Assembly: GCA_965198225.1 (NCBI GenBank)
Contig: CBDAOY010000008.1
Span: 992,001-1,056,000 of the forward strand
Length of the DNA stretch: 64,000 bases
Direction: 5' to 3'
Source: Terriglobia bacterium
Lineage (GTDB): Bacteria; Acidobacteriota; Terriglobia; 20CM-2-55-15
Below the pieces are notes generated by a model. That model saw nothing but the letters and a program-made list of their open reading frames with translations, was not told the DNA's origin and did no database searches. Shown piece by piece: positions 47,570 to 58,343 of this stretch (positions are counted from its first letter, which is position 1; each line of letters opens with the position of its first letter). The position numbers and the translations under genes were made by a program.

Positions 47570-49864
47570 GTGAAACTACTCAACCGGTACATCTTCCGCG
47601 AAACGCTCGTCCCTATGCTCATCGCGCTTCTTGCGCTGACCTTCGTTATGGTAGCGCAGCAGATGGGCGGGCTCGTGGAACTGATCGTCCGGCGTTCGGC
47701 CACTGCCGCTGAAGTGTGGGCCATCATCGCCGCGATCCTGCCGGGCGCGCTGATGGTCACGATACCGACGGCCCTGCTCGTCGGTGTGCTGACCGGATTC
47801 GGACGGATGTCGTCCGACAGCGAAAGCGTGGCCTTCCGTGCCGGTGGCGTACCGACGCGCGCTATACTCCGACCCGTCCTCACGCTCGGTTTTCTGGCCT
47901 GGGCCGTGAATCTGACGCTATCGGTCTGGATCGCTCCTGCTGCCGCTGCCCGGCTCGAGGAGCTCAAGTTTTCGATCGGCGTGAAGCAGTTGTCGTTCGA
48001 GCTCCAGCCGCGCGTCTTCAACGAAGATCTGGGCAACGGGGACCTCGTCCTTTACGTTCGGGACGTGTCGGCGGAAGGGAACGAATGGCGCGGAATCCTC
48101 CTGGCAGACCTTGGAACGCCGGACAAGCCGAGTGTCACGATGGCGCAGTACGGACGGTTCAGCGGTGAGGCAGCTGACGGAACTTACGAGGTGACGTTGT
48201 TCAACGGCAGCACCCACATCGCGCTCAGCCCTGATCGCTACGACTTCTCGCAGTGGAACGTGAACACTCTCCCGGTCCCGCTGCCGGCAGACCCGACACC
48301 GGCGGTGGAGCTTTCGCCTACTCAAGTCTCGACCGAGGGCCTGTGGCGATCGATAGGCGCCGGCAGCGCGACCTTCGCCGACGAGGTCGAGTTTCACCGC
48401 CGTATTGCTCTTCCGTTTGCATGCCTGGCGTTCGCGCTGATCGGCCTGCCGCTGGGGCTGTCGACCCATCGCGGCGGCAGGTCGATGGGGCTGGTCGTCA
48501 GCATCCTGCTCATGCTCGTCTACTACATGATCTTCGTTGGGGGCACCCGAATCGCCGCGAACGCGCAACTGTCTCCTTTCGTCGGAACCTGGGGAGCCAA
48601 CCTCGGGTTCGCGGCCCTGGGAGTATTCCTCCTGATCCGCTCGGAAAAGGAGCACGACAACCGGCTGATCGGTCTGCTGAACGAAGTCGGTGAGGGTTTC
48701 CGGCGGAAGCTCAGCTCCATTCCAAAGTTCGGTTCCTGGATCGGCCGATGGGCGTACTCGTTCACCCACCACCCCACCTGGTTCAGGACACTCGACGTCT
48801 ACGTGTTGAGGGGGTTCTCTTTTTTCTTCTTCCTCGTTCTCGTCGTCTTCGTGGCGTTGTTCATGATCGTCACGCTCTTCGAGCTCCTCCCGGACATCGT
48901 GAAGAACAACGCCAGCTCGAGCGTCGTAGCCGGTTATTTCTTCTTTCTCCTGCCCCAGATCCTGCACTGGGTAATGCCCCTCGCCGTCCTGCTTGCGGTG
49001 CTCGTGAACCTCGGCGCACTGACCAAAACGAACGAGACCCTCGCGGCAAAGGCCGGAGCGATAAGCCTGTACAGGATGTCGGTGCCGCTTCTGATCGTCG
49101 CCCTCCTGCTTTCCGTGGGGGTCTATTTCATGCAGGACTACCTGCTTCCGTATTCCAACCAGCGGCAGGACGAATTCAGGAACCGAATCAAGGGCCGCGC
49201 CGCACAGACCTACCGCGACCCGCTGCGGAAGTGGATGGCGGGCTCGGAAAACCAGATCTACCACTACAACTATTTCGATCCCGAGCGAAACGCCTTCGCG
49301 GGCATCTCGGTTTTCGACTTCGACCCGGAAAACTTCGGCCTACGACGCTGGACGTTCGCCTCGCGCGGCAGCTGGAATGGGCAGGGTTGGATACTCGAGA
49401 ATGGATGGTCCCGATCACTCCAGAGCGATGGAGGAATCGCTTATGACGCGTTCGAACGCAGGGACTCCGCACAGATGGAAGATGGCCCGGACTACTTCAA
49501 GAAAGAAGTCCGGACGGCCTCGCAGATGAGCTATCCCGAACTGCGCCTCTACATCGATGACCTCTCACAGAGCGGTTTCGATACGAGCAGCCTGACCGTC
49601 GATCTGTACCGCAAGCTCTCGTTCCCCTTCGTGTCGCTCATCATGGCCATCATCGCCGTACCGTTCTCGTTCACGACCGGCCGGAGGGGGGCCTTTTACG
49701 GGATCGGAATCTCCATCGTCATCGGGATCGGCTACTGGGCAGCGTTCGAGTTCTTCGACACGCTCGGGGGAATCAACCGGCTGTCGCCGCTGATCGCGGC
49801 CTGGTTCCCGAACCTGATATTCGGGCTCAGTGGAATCTGGTTGCTGTTGAAAGTAAGGACGTAG
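47570..49864 (+). CDS. lptF/lptG: Fused LptF-LptG LPS export permease
   Basis: Two YjgP/YjgQ halves: L.RYI..E / SE.VA.RAGG / HRRIALP, then LD.YVL / NE..A.KA / KLSFP / AAWFPN. Confidence 0.9.
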   Translation: MKLLNRYIFRETLVPMLIALLALTFVMVAQQMGGLVELIVRRSATAAEVWAIIAAILPGALMVTIPTALLVGVLTGFGRMSSDSESVAFRAGGVPTRAILRPVLTLGFLAWAVNLTLSVWIAPAAAARLEELKFSIGVKQLSFELQPRVFNEDLGNGDLVLYVRDVSAEGNEWRGILLADLGTPDKPSVTMAQYGRFSGEAADGTYEVTLFNGSTHIALSPDRYDFSQWNVNTLPVPLPADPTPAVELSPTQVSTEGLWRSIGAGSATFADEVEFHRRIALPFACLAFALIGLPLGLSTHRGGRSMGLVVSILLMLVYYMIFVGGTRIAANAQLSPFVGTWGANLGFAALGVFLLIRSEKEHDNRLIGLLNEVGEGFRRKLSSIPKFGSWIGRWAYSFTHHPTWFRTLDVYVLRGFSFFFFLVLVVFVALFMIVTLFELLPDIVKNNASSSVVAGYFFFLLPQILHWVMPLAVLLAVLVNLGALTKTNETLAAKAGAISLYRMSVPLLIVALLLSVGVYFMQDYLLPYSNQRQDEFRNRIKGRAAQTYRDPLRKWMAGSENQIYHYNYFDPERNAFAGISVFDFDPENFGLRRWTFASRGSWNGQGWILENGWSRSLQSDGGIAYDAFERRDSAQMEDGPDYFKKEVRTASQMSYPELRLYIDDLSQSGFDTSSLTVDLYRKLSFPFVSLIMAIIAVPFSFTTGRRGAFYGIGISIVIGIGYWAAFEFFDTLGGINRLSPLIAAWFPNLIFGLSGIWLLLKVRT

Positions 49865-49875
49865 GAGGATGGCGG

Positions 49876-49945
49876 GTGTAGGTGCGCTCTATGAGCGCAC
49901 ACGCCTCGAACCGCAACAATGTGCGGTCATAGACCGCACCTACAC
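49876..49945. repeat. REPIN-like doublet of GTAG-type REPs between convergent genes
   Basis: GTGTAGGTGCGCTCTATGAGCGCAC ... GTGCGGTCATAGACCGCACCTACAC. Confidence 0.82.
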
Positions 49946-49955
49946 CTACAGGTCA

Positions 49956-51107
49956 CTAGACGCCTGCCGCCTGGCCGCGCAGGGCGGCGGCCTTGTCGGT
50001 CGCTTCCCAGGAAAACTCAGGCTCTTCCCTGCCGAAATGACCATAGCTGGCTGTCTTCTGGTAAATCGGACGCCTCAAGTTCAGGGACTCGATGATCCCG
50101 CGAGGCGTCAACTGGAAGTTCTCGCGTACGAGCTCTGAAATCTTCTCATCAGCCATCTCTCCCGTACCGAAGGAATCCACCAACACGGAAACCGGGTCCA
50201 CAACACCGATGGCATAGGCAAGTTGAATCTCGACACGGCTGGCGAGCCCGGCCGCAACGACGTTCTTGGCGACGTGGCGCGCCATGTAGCAGGCCGATCG
50301 GTCTACCTTAGTCGGATCCTTGCCGGAAAACGCGCCGCCTCCGTGGCGACCCATGCCGCCGTAAGTGTCGACGATAATCTTCCGCCCGGTCAGTCCGCAA
50401 TCGCCCTGCGGACCACCGCGAACGAACCTTCCGGTCGGATTGACGTGGTACTTGGTAGCGGAATCGAGGAGCTCCTCAGGAAGCACCGCCTTGATCACGT
50501 GGGTTATGACCTCCTCACGGATCTGCATCGCGGTGGCTTCGGGATCGTGTTGCGTAGAGACAACGACCGTATCGATCCTTACTGGTTTACTCCCTTCATA
50601 TTCAACCGATACCTGAGATTTTCCATCGGGTCTCAGAAACGGGAGCAAACCGGACTTCCGCAGCTGGGCCAGCCGCGCCGTCAATTTGTGGGCGAGCAGG
50701 ATCGGTGTCGGCATCAACTCGCGTGTTTCGTCGGTGGCGTAGCCGAACATCATGCCCTGGTCGCCGGCGCCTCCGGTGTCGACACCCATCGCGATGTCCG
50801 GAGACTGCCGGTCGATCGCCGACATGACCGCACAGGTGTTGCAATCGAAGCCGTAGTCGCCCGAAACGTACCCCACATCCTGCACCGTCCTCCGGACCAC
50901 GCTCTCGAAGTCGATGTAGCATTTTGTCGTGATCTCCCCTGCCACGAGAGCCAGCCCGGTCGTCACCAGCGTCTCACAGGCGACGCGACCCATCGGGTCT
51001 TCTTCCATGACGCAGTCCAGAACTGCATCCGAGATCCGGTCGGCCAGCTTGTCGGGATGCCCCTCCGTTACCGACTCTGAGGTAAACAACTTTCGAGTGT
51101 CACTCAC
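49956..51107 (-). CDS. metK: S-adenosylmethionine synthetase
   Basis: [35 protein letters not shown]. Confidence 0.97.
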   Translation of the reverse strand: MSDTRKLFTSESVTEGHPDKLADRISDAVLDCVMEEDPMGRVACETLVTTGLALVAGEITTKCYIDFESVVRRTVQDVGYVSGDYGFDCNTCAVMSAIDRQSPDIAMGVDTGGAGDQGMMFGYATDETRELMPTPILLAHKLTARLAQLRKSGLLPFLRPDGKSQVSVEYEGSKPVRIDTVVVSTQHDPEATAMQIREEVITHVIKAVLPEELLDSATKYHVNPTGRFVRGGPQGDCGLTGRKIIVDTYGGMGRHGGGAFSGKDPTKVDRSACYMARHVAKNVVAAGLASRVEIQLAYAIGVVDPVSVLVDSFGTGEMADEKISELVRENFQLTPRGIIESLNLRRPIYQKTASYGHFGREEPEFSWEATDKAAALRGQAAGV

Positions 51108-51188
51108 TTAGCCTTTCTCCTTCCAGAATCCCGCACCTGGCGCCCACAGGCGATCGGTCGGGAGCATACTTTTCGTAGCGATAATTGC

Positions 51189-52061
51189 TTACGCCCTGGG
51201 ATGGTGTGCCTTGTAAATCTGCTTCAACCGCTCCCGGATCACGTGCGTGTATATCTGCGTCGTCGATATGTCGGAATGGCCGAGCATCATCTGGACCGAT
51301 CTCAAGTCAGCGCCACGCTCCAGCAGGTGCGTTGCGAACGAATGCCGCAACATGTGCGGCGATATTTTCTTGCCGATCTTCGCCCGCTCACCGTAAGTCT
51401 TCAGGATCAACCAGAAGCCGCCCCGGGTCAGTTTCCCGCCCCTGTAGTTCAGGAACAGATACTGGCTAGTCTGTTTCTTCCGGCCCTTGTCGAGGTATTC
51501 CCGGACCGCCCGGACGGCCGAAGCGCCCAGCGGTACGATACGTTCCTTACTCCCTTTCCCCATGCATCGTACGAATCCGCTGTCCAGGTCGAGAGCGTCG
51601 ACTCTCAGCCCAACAAGCTCCGAAACACGGAGACCGGTCGCATACATCACCTCGATCATCGCACGGTCGCGAAGGCCCGCCCGCTCCTCTGCCTTCGGGG
51701 CGGCCAGCAGCTGATCCACCTCTTCAAACGTCAAGAAGTGGGGCAGTGGAACCCAGGACTTCGGGATATCCACCACAGCCGTCGGATTATCCTGGCTTTC
51801 GCCTTCCAGTATCAGGAACCGGTACAAACCCCGGATGGCGGTCAACGCCCGTGCGGCCGAGCGTGCCTTCAAACCGCGACTATAAAGGAACGAAACAAAA
51901 GCGGATACATCTGCAGGCTTTGCTGAGGCCAGATCGGCTTCGTCCAGATGCTCGCAGTAGAGCAACAGATCCCGCCCGTACGAATCGAGGGTGTTCGCTG
52001 ATAGACCCTTCTCAATCCGAAGATACAGGAGAAACCGGTCTACCCATTCCTCGTTCGTCAT
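51189..52061 (-). CDS. xerD: Tyrosine recombinase XerD
   Basis: EKGLSANT, YATGLRVSELV, GKGSKERIVP, SPHMLRHSFATHLL, LGHSDISTTQIYTHV, HHPRA. Confidence 0.93.
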   Translation of the reverse strand: MTNEEWVDRFLLYLRIEKGLSANTLDSYGRDLLLYCEHLDEADLASAKPADVSAFVSFLYSRGLKARSAARALTAIRGLYRFLILEGESQDNPTAVVDIPKSWVPLPHFLTFEEVDQLLAAPKAEERAGLRDRAMIEVMYATGLRVSELVGLRVDALDLDSGFVRCMGKGSKERIVPLGASAVRAVREYLDKGRKKQTSQYLFLNYRGGKLTRGGFWLILKTYGERAKIGKKISPHMLRHSFATHLLERGADLRSVQMMLGHSDISTTQIYTHVIRERLKQIYKAHHPRA

Positions 52062-53638
52062 GAGATGGGCGTCGATCCGTCGCCCGTGCGCCTGAGGAAA
52101 ACGTCGCGAACTTCACCAAGCTCGCGGCACCTCAGCAAAAAGGCCGCCAGAAAGTATACAACGGCTGAGGTCAGGATCGTTGCTGCGAGTGCGAAGATAC
52201 GCTGTCCCAGCGCCTGGTCGTAGTAGAAACCGGGGCTGTTGATCAGGGTCGACGCAAGGAATCCGAGCGGCACCGAGGCGGCGGCAAATCGAACCAGCGA
52301 TGAGTTGATGGAGGCAAGACCGATCGTCCCGTGCCGCTGGATGAATATCACGATCAACGCAATCGCGTTGAAGAAAGCCGCGAGCGACATCGCCAGCGCC
52401 GGTCCGCCGACCTCGAGGGGACGGAAGAACGCAAAGTTGAACACGACGTTCAGCAGCATCGCCCAGCAGGCGATCCGCACCGGAGTGCGCGTATCCTCGA
52501 GAGAGTAGAACGCCGGAACGATCACCTTCACCATGGAAAGCGCCGAAAGACCGAAGGCAAAGAACAGGAGAGGCCAGCTCGTCAGCGCGGTAGACGCAGC
52601 ATCGAACTCGCCGTGTTCGAAGAGCACTTCGATTATCGGGACACGCAGCACGACAAGCCCGACCGTGGACGGCACGGTTATGAACAGAATGATCCGTGAC
52701 GCAAAGTTCAGCGTTCCCTTCATCTCTTCCATTCGAAGCTCTCCGGCCTGGCGAGAGAGTAGAGGTAACACGACGGTCGCGATCGCGACCGCATAGCCGC
52801 CGAGGACCAACTCCATGACCCGGTCGGAGAGGTACAGCGCCATCTGCGGACCATCGCCGAGGAAAGAAGCAAAAGTCCGGCCCACGACGAAGTTGAGTTG
52901 GGCGACGCCGACCCCCAGGACCACGGGAACCATCAGCCGTCCAGCCCTGCGGACGGCTGCGTCAGCGAGGTTCAATTGAGGTCGAAACCTCCAGCCAGTC
53001 CCTATGAGCTGCGGCACCTGGACTGCGACTTGCGCGACGCCACCAATGACCACTCCAACCGCCAACGCCGTCTCGGGGCTCGGGAACAGTCCGGTCAGGA
53101 AGGAAAGCGTGATCACGCTGAGGTTCAAGAGCACTGGAGCAAATGCTGGAGCCGCAAACTTGTGGAAGCTGTTCAAGATCCCCATCGCCATCGCCGACAG
53201 GCTGATGAAGAAGATATAGGGGAACATGATCCGGTTCAGGAGTGCGGTCAACTCCAGCTTGCCCGGGGTTTCGGTGAAACCGTACGCAATGGCGCGGACG
53301 AGCAGAGGTGAAAAGAGGATTCCCAGAACGGTCACTGCAGTCATCGCCAGCGAGACCAGTGTGATCAGGGTGTTGGCAAACCGCCACGCGTCTTCGCGGT
53401 CTTCAAGGGCAACGTACTTTGAGAAAATGGGAATGAATGCGGCGCTCACGGCGCCTTCACCCACGAGACGGCGGAGGAGATTGGGGATCATGTAGGCAAC
53501 GGTGTAGGCGTCGCCCGCAGCGCCGGCGCCCAGAAGCGACGCGATTCGAAGGTCGCGGATGTAACCGAAAATCCGGCTGAGGAGGGTGATCGCGGTGACG
53601 AGGGAGGCTGACCGGAGCAGCGTACGGTGTTCGCTCAT
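52058..53638 (-). CDS. murJ: Lipid II flippase MurJ
   Basis: SRIFGYIRD, IPNLLRRLVGEGA..AFIP, FYSLEDTRTP. Confidence 0.95.
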   Translation of the reverse strand: MSEHRTLLRSASLVTAITLLSRIFGYIRDLRIASLLGAGAAGDAYTVAYMIPNLLRRLVGEGAVSAAFIPIFSKYVALEDREDAWRFANTLITLVSLAMTAVTVLGILFSPLLVRAIAYGFTETPGKLELTALLNRIMFPYIFFISLSAMAMGILNSFHKFAAPAFAPVLLNLSVITLSFLTGLFPSPETALAVGVVIGGVAQVAVQVPQLIGTGWRFRPQLNLADAAVRRAGRLMVPVVLGVGVAQLNFVVGRTFASFLGDGPQMALYLSDRVMELVLGGYAVAIATVVLPLLSRQAGELRMEEMKGTLNFASRIILFITVPSTVGLVVLRVPIIEVLFEHGEFDAASTALTSWPLLFFAFGLSALSMVKVIVPAFYSLEDTRTPVRIACWAMLLNVVFNFAFFRPLEVGGPALAMSLAAFFNAIALIVIFIQRHGTIGLASINSSLVRFAAASVPLGFLASTLINSPGFYYDQALGQRIFALAATILTSAVVYFLAAFLLRCRELGEVRDVFLRRTGDGSTPIS

Positions 53639-53716
53639 TCCTTCCAGGGAGCTATACTAACATAGGCCTCTAAAACAAAGGCCTTCATGGATTTAAGCGA
53701 AGAGGAGAGCGGACCA

Positions 53717-54730
53717 TTGAAGCTTCGTTTAATTGCCCAAAAGCTCGGGTGCACACTGCACGGCGACGCTGAGAGGGAAATCACGGGCGTTTCGGGCATC
53801 GAGGAAGCTGGCCCGGAACAAATCACGTTTGTCTCGAATCGCCGTTACGCGGCGAGCGCGAGGACGACGAAGGCCGGCGCGGTCCTCGTTACCGAAGACT
53901 TCCCCGAGATACCGGCGCCCACGCTCCGCACACCCAATCCATACCTCGCCTTCGCACGTTCGATCGAGTTGTTCTACGAGGCACCGGTACCTCCCCGGGT
54001 GGTTGATTCGACAGCCCGGGTTTCGGCTTTGGCGCGAATCGGTACCGGCGCGTCGATAGGCGCTTACGTTGTCATCGACGACGACGTCACGATCGGAGAG
54101 AACGCGACCATCGGGGCGTTCACCCACATAGGGCAAGGCGCCCAGATCGGCGACAACTTTCGGACGTATTCCCATGTATCCGTGCGCGAGTACTGCTTGA
54201 TCGGGAACAACGTCATCCTGCAGGATGGCGCCCGCATCGGCTCCGACGGCTACGGTTATGCCAAGAAGGATGACGACAGCTACCATAAGATCGTCCAGTC
54301 CGGAATCGTGGTCCTCGAAGACGACGTCGAGGTGGGCGCCAACACCACGATCGATCGGGCGACGATCGGCGAAACGCGGATTCGGAGCGGCGCCAAGATC
54401 GACAACCTCGTACAAATCGGCCACTCCTCCGTCGTGGGTGAAAACACTCTCCTCTGCGCGCAAGTTGGTCTCGGAGGCAGTTCCAGAATCGGACGTAACG
54501 TCGTCCTCACCGGACAGGTCGGAGTCGCAGGACACCTCGAGATCGGAGACGGTGTGATCGCCACCGCCCAGACTGGAATCCCCAACTCGGTGGAAGCCGG
54601 CAAGATGATTTCCGGCTATCCCGCCATCGACAACCGGCTCTGGCTCAAATGCTCGGCAGTGTTCAAGCGACTCCCCGAGCTGCTGAAACGGGTCGATCGG
54701 TTGGAGAAGGGGAGGGGAAGTAGTCAGTAA
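53717..54730 (+). CDS. lpxD: UDP-3-O-acyl-glucosamine N-acyltransferase
   Basis: NPYLAFA, hexapeptide repeats, IGSDGYGY, GANTTIDRA, KIDNLVQIGH; TTG start with AGAGGAG RBS. Confidence 0.95.
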   Translation: MKLRLIAQKLGCTLHGDAEREITGVSGIEEAGPEQITFVSNRRYAASARTTKAGAVLVTEDFPEIPAPTLRTPNPYLAFARSIELFYEAPVPPRVVDSTARVSALARIGTGASIGAYVVIDDDVTIGENATIGAFTHIGQGAQIGDNFRTYSHVSVREYCLIGNNVILQDGARIGSDGYGYAKKDDDSYHKIVQSGIVVLEDDVEVGANTTIDRATIGETRIRSGAKIDNLVQIGHSSVVGENTLLCAQVGLGGSSRIGRNVVLTGQVGVAGHLEIGDGVIATAQTGIPNSVEAGKMISGYPAIDNRLWLKCSAVFKRLPELLKRVDRLEKGRGSSQ

Positions 54731-54924
54731 TCAGTAGTCGGTTGTCAGTTGGCGGCTTCGCGGCGGGACAATGCCGCTAGACGTTACGGGTCTGACTGAC
54801 CCTGTTGTGAAGACTCGACCCCTGATCCTCTACTCTCCTACCTCCCGCCGGTTTCCGCGATGGGACATGCTTCGGCGGGCTTTGCCCCGAGGATGCCGAG
54901 CCGTCTGCGCAAGGGGAGCTAGAC

Positions 54925-55221
54925 TCAGACAGTCTCCACTTGCAATCCGCCCATGACCGTACAGGCCAGATTGAAAAGCGCACCGGCGATCAAACCTGTC
55001 AGAAAACCCATGAAGCTGTAGAAAATGGGCAACACGATGACCGAACCCACGCCGAAGAAAAGGGCGAGTAAGGCACCGGTAGCCCCTTCGGCTCCTCCGG
55101 TCAACGCGAACCCGAACACCGACAGCAGCGCAAAGACCGAGCCCCCGATGAGCCCGAAGGCTGCGTAGATAACAGTGAGAATCTTCCCCAACGACAGAAC
55201 GTCGATTTTGGTAATAGTCAA
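54925..55221 (-). CDS. Small membrane protein (DUF3566-like)
   Basis: AGGAGG RBS, TTG start, KIDVLS.GK, two hydrophobic segments, FNL..MGGLQVE. Confidence 0.65.
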   Translation of the reverse strand: MTITKIDVLSLGKILTVIYAAFGLIGGSVFALLSVFGFALTGGAEGATGALLALFFGVGSVIVLPIFYSFMGFLTGLIAGALFNLACTVMGGLQVETV

Positions 55222-55310
55222 GACAGCACCTCCTTGAAAGATCAGCCTCCTGACCTCGTCGAGACTGCGCCGAGGCACAGACGCTTGTTCACACGTGCGG
55301 AGAGAAGACC

Positions 55311-55376
55311 AACCACGGAGGCACGGAGGCGCCGAGCACTTATGTCTTCTCGCCGAGCCTCCGAGCCTCCGTGGTT
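55311..55376. repeat. AACCACGGAG-type 9-mer inverted-array element
   Basis: AACCACGGAGGCACGGAGGC ... GCCTCCGAGCCTCCGTGGTT. Confidence 0.78.
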
Positions 55377-55500
55377 GCTTCTTTCTTCTAACCTTATCGG
55401 TATGGATCGCACGTTATCGTTTCCTGGAAGACGTTGTAAAGGAAGACCATGCATGCAGAATCGGACGGGAGAGTGGCGCCGGCGGACGCGTCGACATAGA

Positions 55501-56736
55501 ATGACGACACCGATGACCCGGCGAATCATCCTCCCCATGCTGTTGGTCCTGACCGGCATTTCGGTGCAAGCCGACGACTGGCCCCAGTTCCGTGGTCCGA
55601 CCGGACAGGGGCACTCCTCCGAAGGCCAGTTGCCGTTGGAGTGGGATGAGGAACGGAACGTGGTCTGGAGAATCCCTGTTTCGGGACAGGGCTGGTCTTC
55701 TCCGGTCGTTTCCGAAGGGCGCATCTGGTTGACGACCGCGATCGTCGATCAAGACGCAGCTTCGCTTCGAGCAATCGCTTTCGATTTCGAGACGGGACGC
55801 GAAGTCGTCAACTCCGAGATCTTCCAAATGGACGATGCGCGGCTGCTGAATCTGAAGAACACCCACGCCTCCCCCACGCCCATCGTGGAAGGCGATCAGG
55901 TCTATGTCCACTTCGGCGCCACCGGCACGGCGGCACTCACGACCTCCGGTGAAGTCATCTGGAAGACGACCTTCCCCTACATTTCTCAGCACGGCAACGG
56001 GGGTTCACCGGTTCTGTATGAGGACCTGCTGATTATCAACTGCGACGGCTTCGACGAAGCCTTCGTCGTGGCGGTGGACAAGAGCACCGGCGAGGTCCGC
56101 TGGAAAACGGCCCGGCCCAGACCGTTCAGCCAGGCGTACTCGACTCCCCTCCTGATCCGGGTCGACGAACGGGACCAACTCGTCAGCGTGGGCGCGTTTC
56201 GCGCAATCGCCTACGAACCGATATCCGGAGATGAAATCTGGCGCGTCAACTATCCGGACGGCTTCTCCAACGTCCCGAGTCCGGTCTACGGGCACGGACT
56301 CGTCTACATAGCCACCGGGTTCCAGCAGCCGTCGCTGATGGCCGTGCGGGTGAATGGCAAGGGTGACGTGACCCAAACGCACGTCGAGTGGACCTTGCGG
56401 CGGTCTGTGTCTCTGACTCCGTCGCCACTCCTGGTCGGAGACGAACTCTATGTGGTGAGCGACATCGGCGTCGTCAGCTGCCTCGACAGCAAAACTGGAA
56501 AGCCGCACTGGCAGCAGCGCGTGCTGGGCAACTTCTCCGCATCCCCGGTCTATGCGGACGGGCGTATTCACATCCTGAGCGAAGGGGGGACAACGACCGT
56601 CATCTCCCCCGGGAAGGAGTTTCGCGCCCTCGCGGAAAACGTCATCGATGGCTGGACGCTTGCCTCGATGGCCGTTTCGGACGGATCGATCTTCATCCGC
56701 AGCCTCGACCACCTGTACCGTATCGCCGGGCAGTAG
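55501..56736 (+). CDS. PQQ-binding-like beta-propeller protein (BamB-like)
   Basis: DWPQFRGP, GWSSPVV, ASPTP, YSTP, FSASPV, IFIRS..HLYRI. Confidence 0.88.
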   Translation: MTTPMTRRIILPMLLVLTGISVQADDWPQFRGPTGQGHSSEGQLPLEWDEERNVVWRIPVSGQGWSSPVVSEGRIWLTTAIVDQDAASLRAIAFDFETGREVVNSEIFQMDDARLLNLKNTHASPTPIVEGDQVYVHFGATGTAALTTSGEVIWKTTFPYISQHGNGGSPVLYEDLLIINCDGFDEAFVVAVDKSTGEVRWKTARPRPFSQAYSTPLLIRVDERDQLVSVGAFRAIAYEPISGDEIWRVNYPDGFSNVPSPVYGHGLVYIATGFQQPSLMAVRVNGKGDVTQTHVEWTLRRSVSLTPSPLLVGDELYVVSDIGVVSCLDSKTGKPHWQQRVLGNFSASPVYADGRIHILSEGGTTTVISPGKEFRALAENVIDGWTLASMAVSDGSIFIRSLDHLYRIAGQ

Positions 56737-56855
56737 CAGCCCAACCTTCCCCACATCCGTATGATTAGGCTTCACCAATCCCGTCCGAAGGTCGTACAAT
56801 TTGCTTCGGCTCCCGTAAGAACAGGGACAGAACGCTGTTTAAAGGCAGGTGACCC

Positions 56856-58343
56856 ATGAGACGTGCGAGCATCCTGGTCCGCTCCATCGGCATTCTGACC
56901 GGTGTCCTGATTGGCCTGAACGTGACCACCCTCCAGGCGCAGGAATGGCTCGGTGCCAGTTCCCGGCACTACCGGATTCTTGGGACGGCCGATGACGACG
57001 ACTTGGTAGAAGTCGGAGTGCGGCTTGAAGCTTTCTTCACCGCCGTCAACAGCACTCTCTTCAGGGGGCAACAGCTTCGGAGCCCGGCCCCGACGACAGT
57101 GATCGTTCTGGATGACGATGACGACGTCGAGGAACTCGGCCTGACCCCGGAAGCCGATGGCTACTTCCTCGCCGGCAGGAACGAAAACTTCATGATCCTC
57201 TCTCCTGAATCCCGCAGCCGTAGCCCCTTCGAGCCGATCATGCGCGGTTTCTTCCTAACGATTGCTGAGGAGAACCTGCCCGACATGCCGGTGTGGCTCC
57301 GTGAGGGCTTGGCCGAGTTCTACAGTACTATCGAGATGGATGACGAGCTGCTGGTGATCGGACGCCATGTCGAAGAGTACATCCGAGCGGTCCGGGACGA
57401 AGACGACCGTCTGCCGTACGCGGAAGTGTTCGAAGGAGCGCCCACGGCGAATCCTGCCGACGAGGAGCGGGACCAGATGTTCCAGGCTCAGTCATGGGCC
57501 CTGATCCACTTCTTGATGATGCGCAACAGGGGACCGGGTCTCGCAGAAACGGCAACCTTCGCCCAGTTGATCAACGCCGGGGGAGCTTTCGAGGAGTCTT
57601 TCCGCTCCGCGTTCGGCACCAGCTTCGAAGACCTTCAGGAAGAGTTTGACGATTACCTCGACGAAAGGAGTTTTCCGTTCCTGCGGATGACGATCAGCGG
57701 AATCGGCGAGGACTACATAACGATGGATGCGGATCCCTTCTCGCCGGCGCAGGGTGAGACTTATCTTGCGGATCTCATGCTCGAAGCTGGCCGAACCGCC
57801 GAAGCGGAACGTCGCCTGCAGGCTGCGATCGCCAGGGAGGGGGGGCTGTCGGCGCCTCACACGTCCCTAGGTGGACTGCGTCTCCAACAAGGGCGGCATG
57901 ACGAAGCGCTGGAGAGCCTCGAACGAGCGGTCGAAGGGTCAGGACCGACCCATCTCAGCCACTACTACTACGCACTGGCTTACAACAGGGTGAACCCCGA
58001 ACTGTCCGACGAAGGACGGGCACTTCTCCGGCAACACCTCGGTGAAGCCATCCGGCTGGGGCCAGAGTTTCCGGACGCGCACCACGAACTTGCCGTGACG
58101 TACGTCGACATGGGCGACGACCTGGATGAAGCGGCCCGGCTGCTCGACCGAGGATTGACGCTTTCGCCGGATCACCCCGCGTATCTGGTAACGCTCAGCC
58201 GTGTCTTGATCGCCCAGGGTTTTCCCGATGCAGCACGCAGCGTTCTTGAACGGGTGCTGGAATTGACCGACGACCAGGCCATTCGTGGACGTGCCGAATC
58301 GATACTGGAGTCGATCGCCGGCCAGGATGAAGGCCAGGCGTGA
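56856..58343 (+). CDS. DUF1570/gluzincin-like + TPR exported protein
   Basis: P.WL.EGLAEFYST, QSWALIHFL, C-terminal TPR-like helices; HExxH absent. Confidence 0.72.
   Translation: MRRASILVRSIGILTGVLIGLNVTTLQAQEWLGASSRHYRILGTADDDDLVEVGVRLEAFFTAVNSTLFRGQQLRSPAPTTVIVLDDDDDVEELGLTPEADGYFLAGRNENFMILSPESRSRSPFEPIMRGFFLTIAEENLPDMPVWLREGLAEFYSTIEMDDELLVIGRHVEEYIRAVRDEDDRLPYAEVFEGAPTANPADEERDQMFQAQSWALIHFLMMRNRGPGLAETATFAQLINAGGAFEESFRSAFGTSFEDLQEEFDDYLDERSFPFLRMTISGIGEDYITMDADPFSPAQGETYLADLMLEAGRTAEAERRLQAAIAREGGLSAPHTSLGGLRLQQGRHDEALESLERAVEGSGPTHLSHYYYALAYNRVNPELSDEGRALLRQHLGEAIRLGPEFPDAHHELAVTYVDMGDDLDEAARLLDRGLTLSPDHPAYLVTLSRVLIAQGFPDAARSVLERVLELTDDQAIRGRAESILESIAGQDEGQA

Noticed and set aside
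47918-49264. Long antisense ORFs (also 12133-13416, 18677-19789, 31966-33036, 44257-45324)
   Set aside because: Shadow frames opposite well-supported genes, expected at high GC and without recognisable motifs
51108-51188. SAM riboswitch upstream of metK
   Set aside because: Only about 80 nt with one imperfect hairpin; I could not recognise a SAM-I/II/SAH consensus
51189-52061. Tyrosine recombinase as a phage or integron integrase
   Set aside because: XerD-type sequence ending HHPRA among housekeeping genes (murJ, metK); no att sites or cassette array
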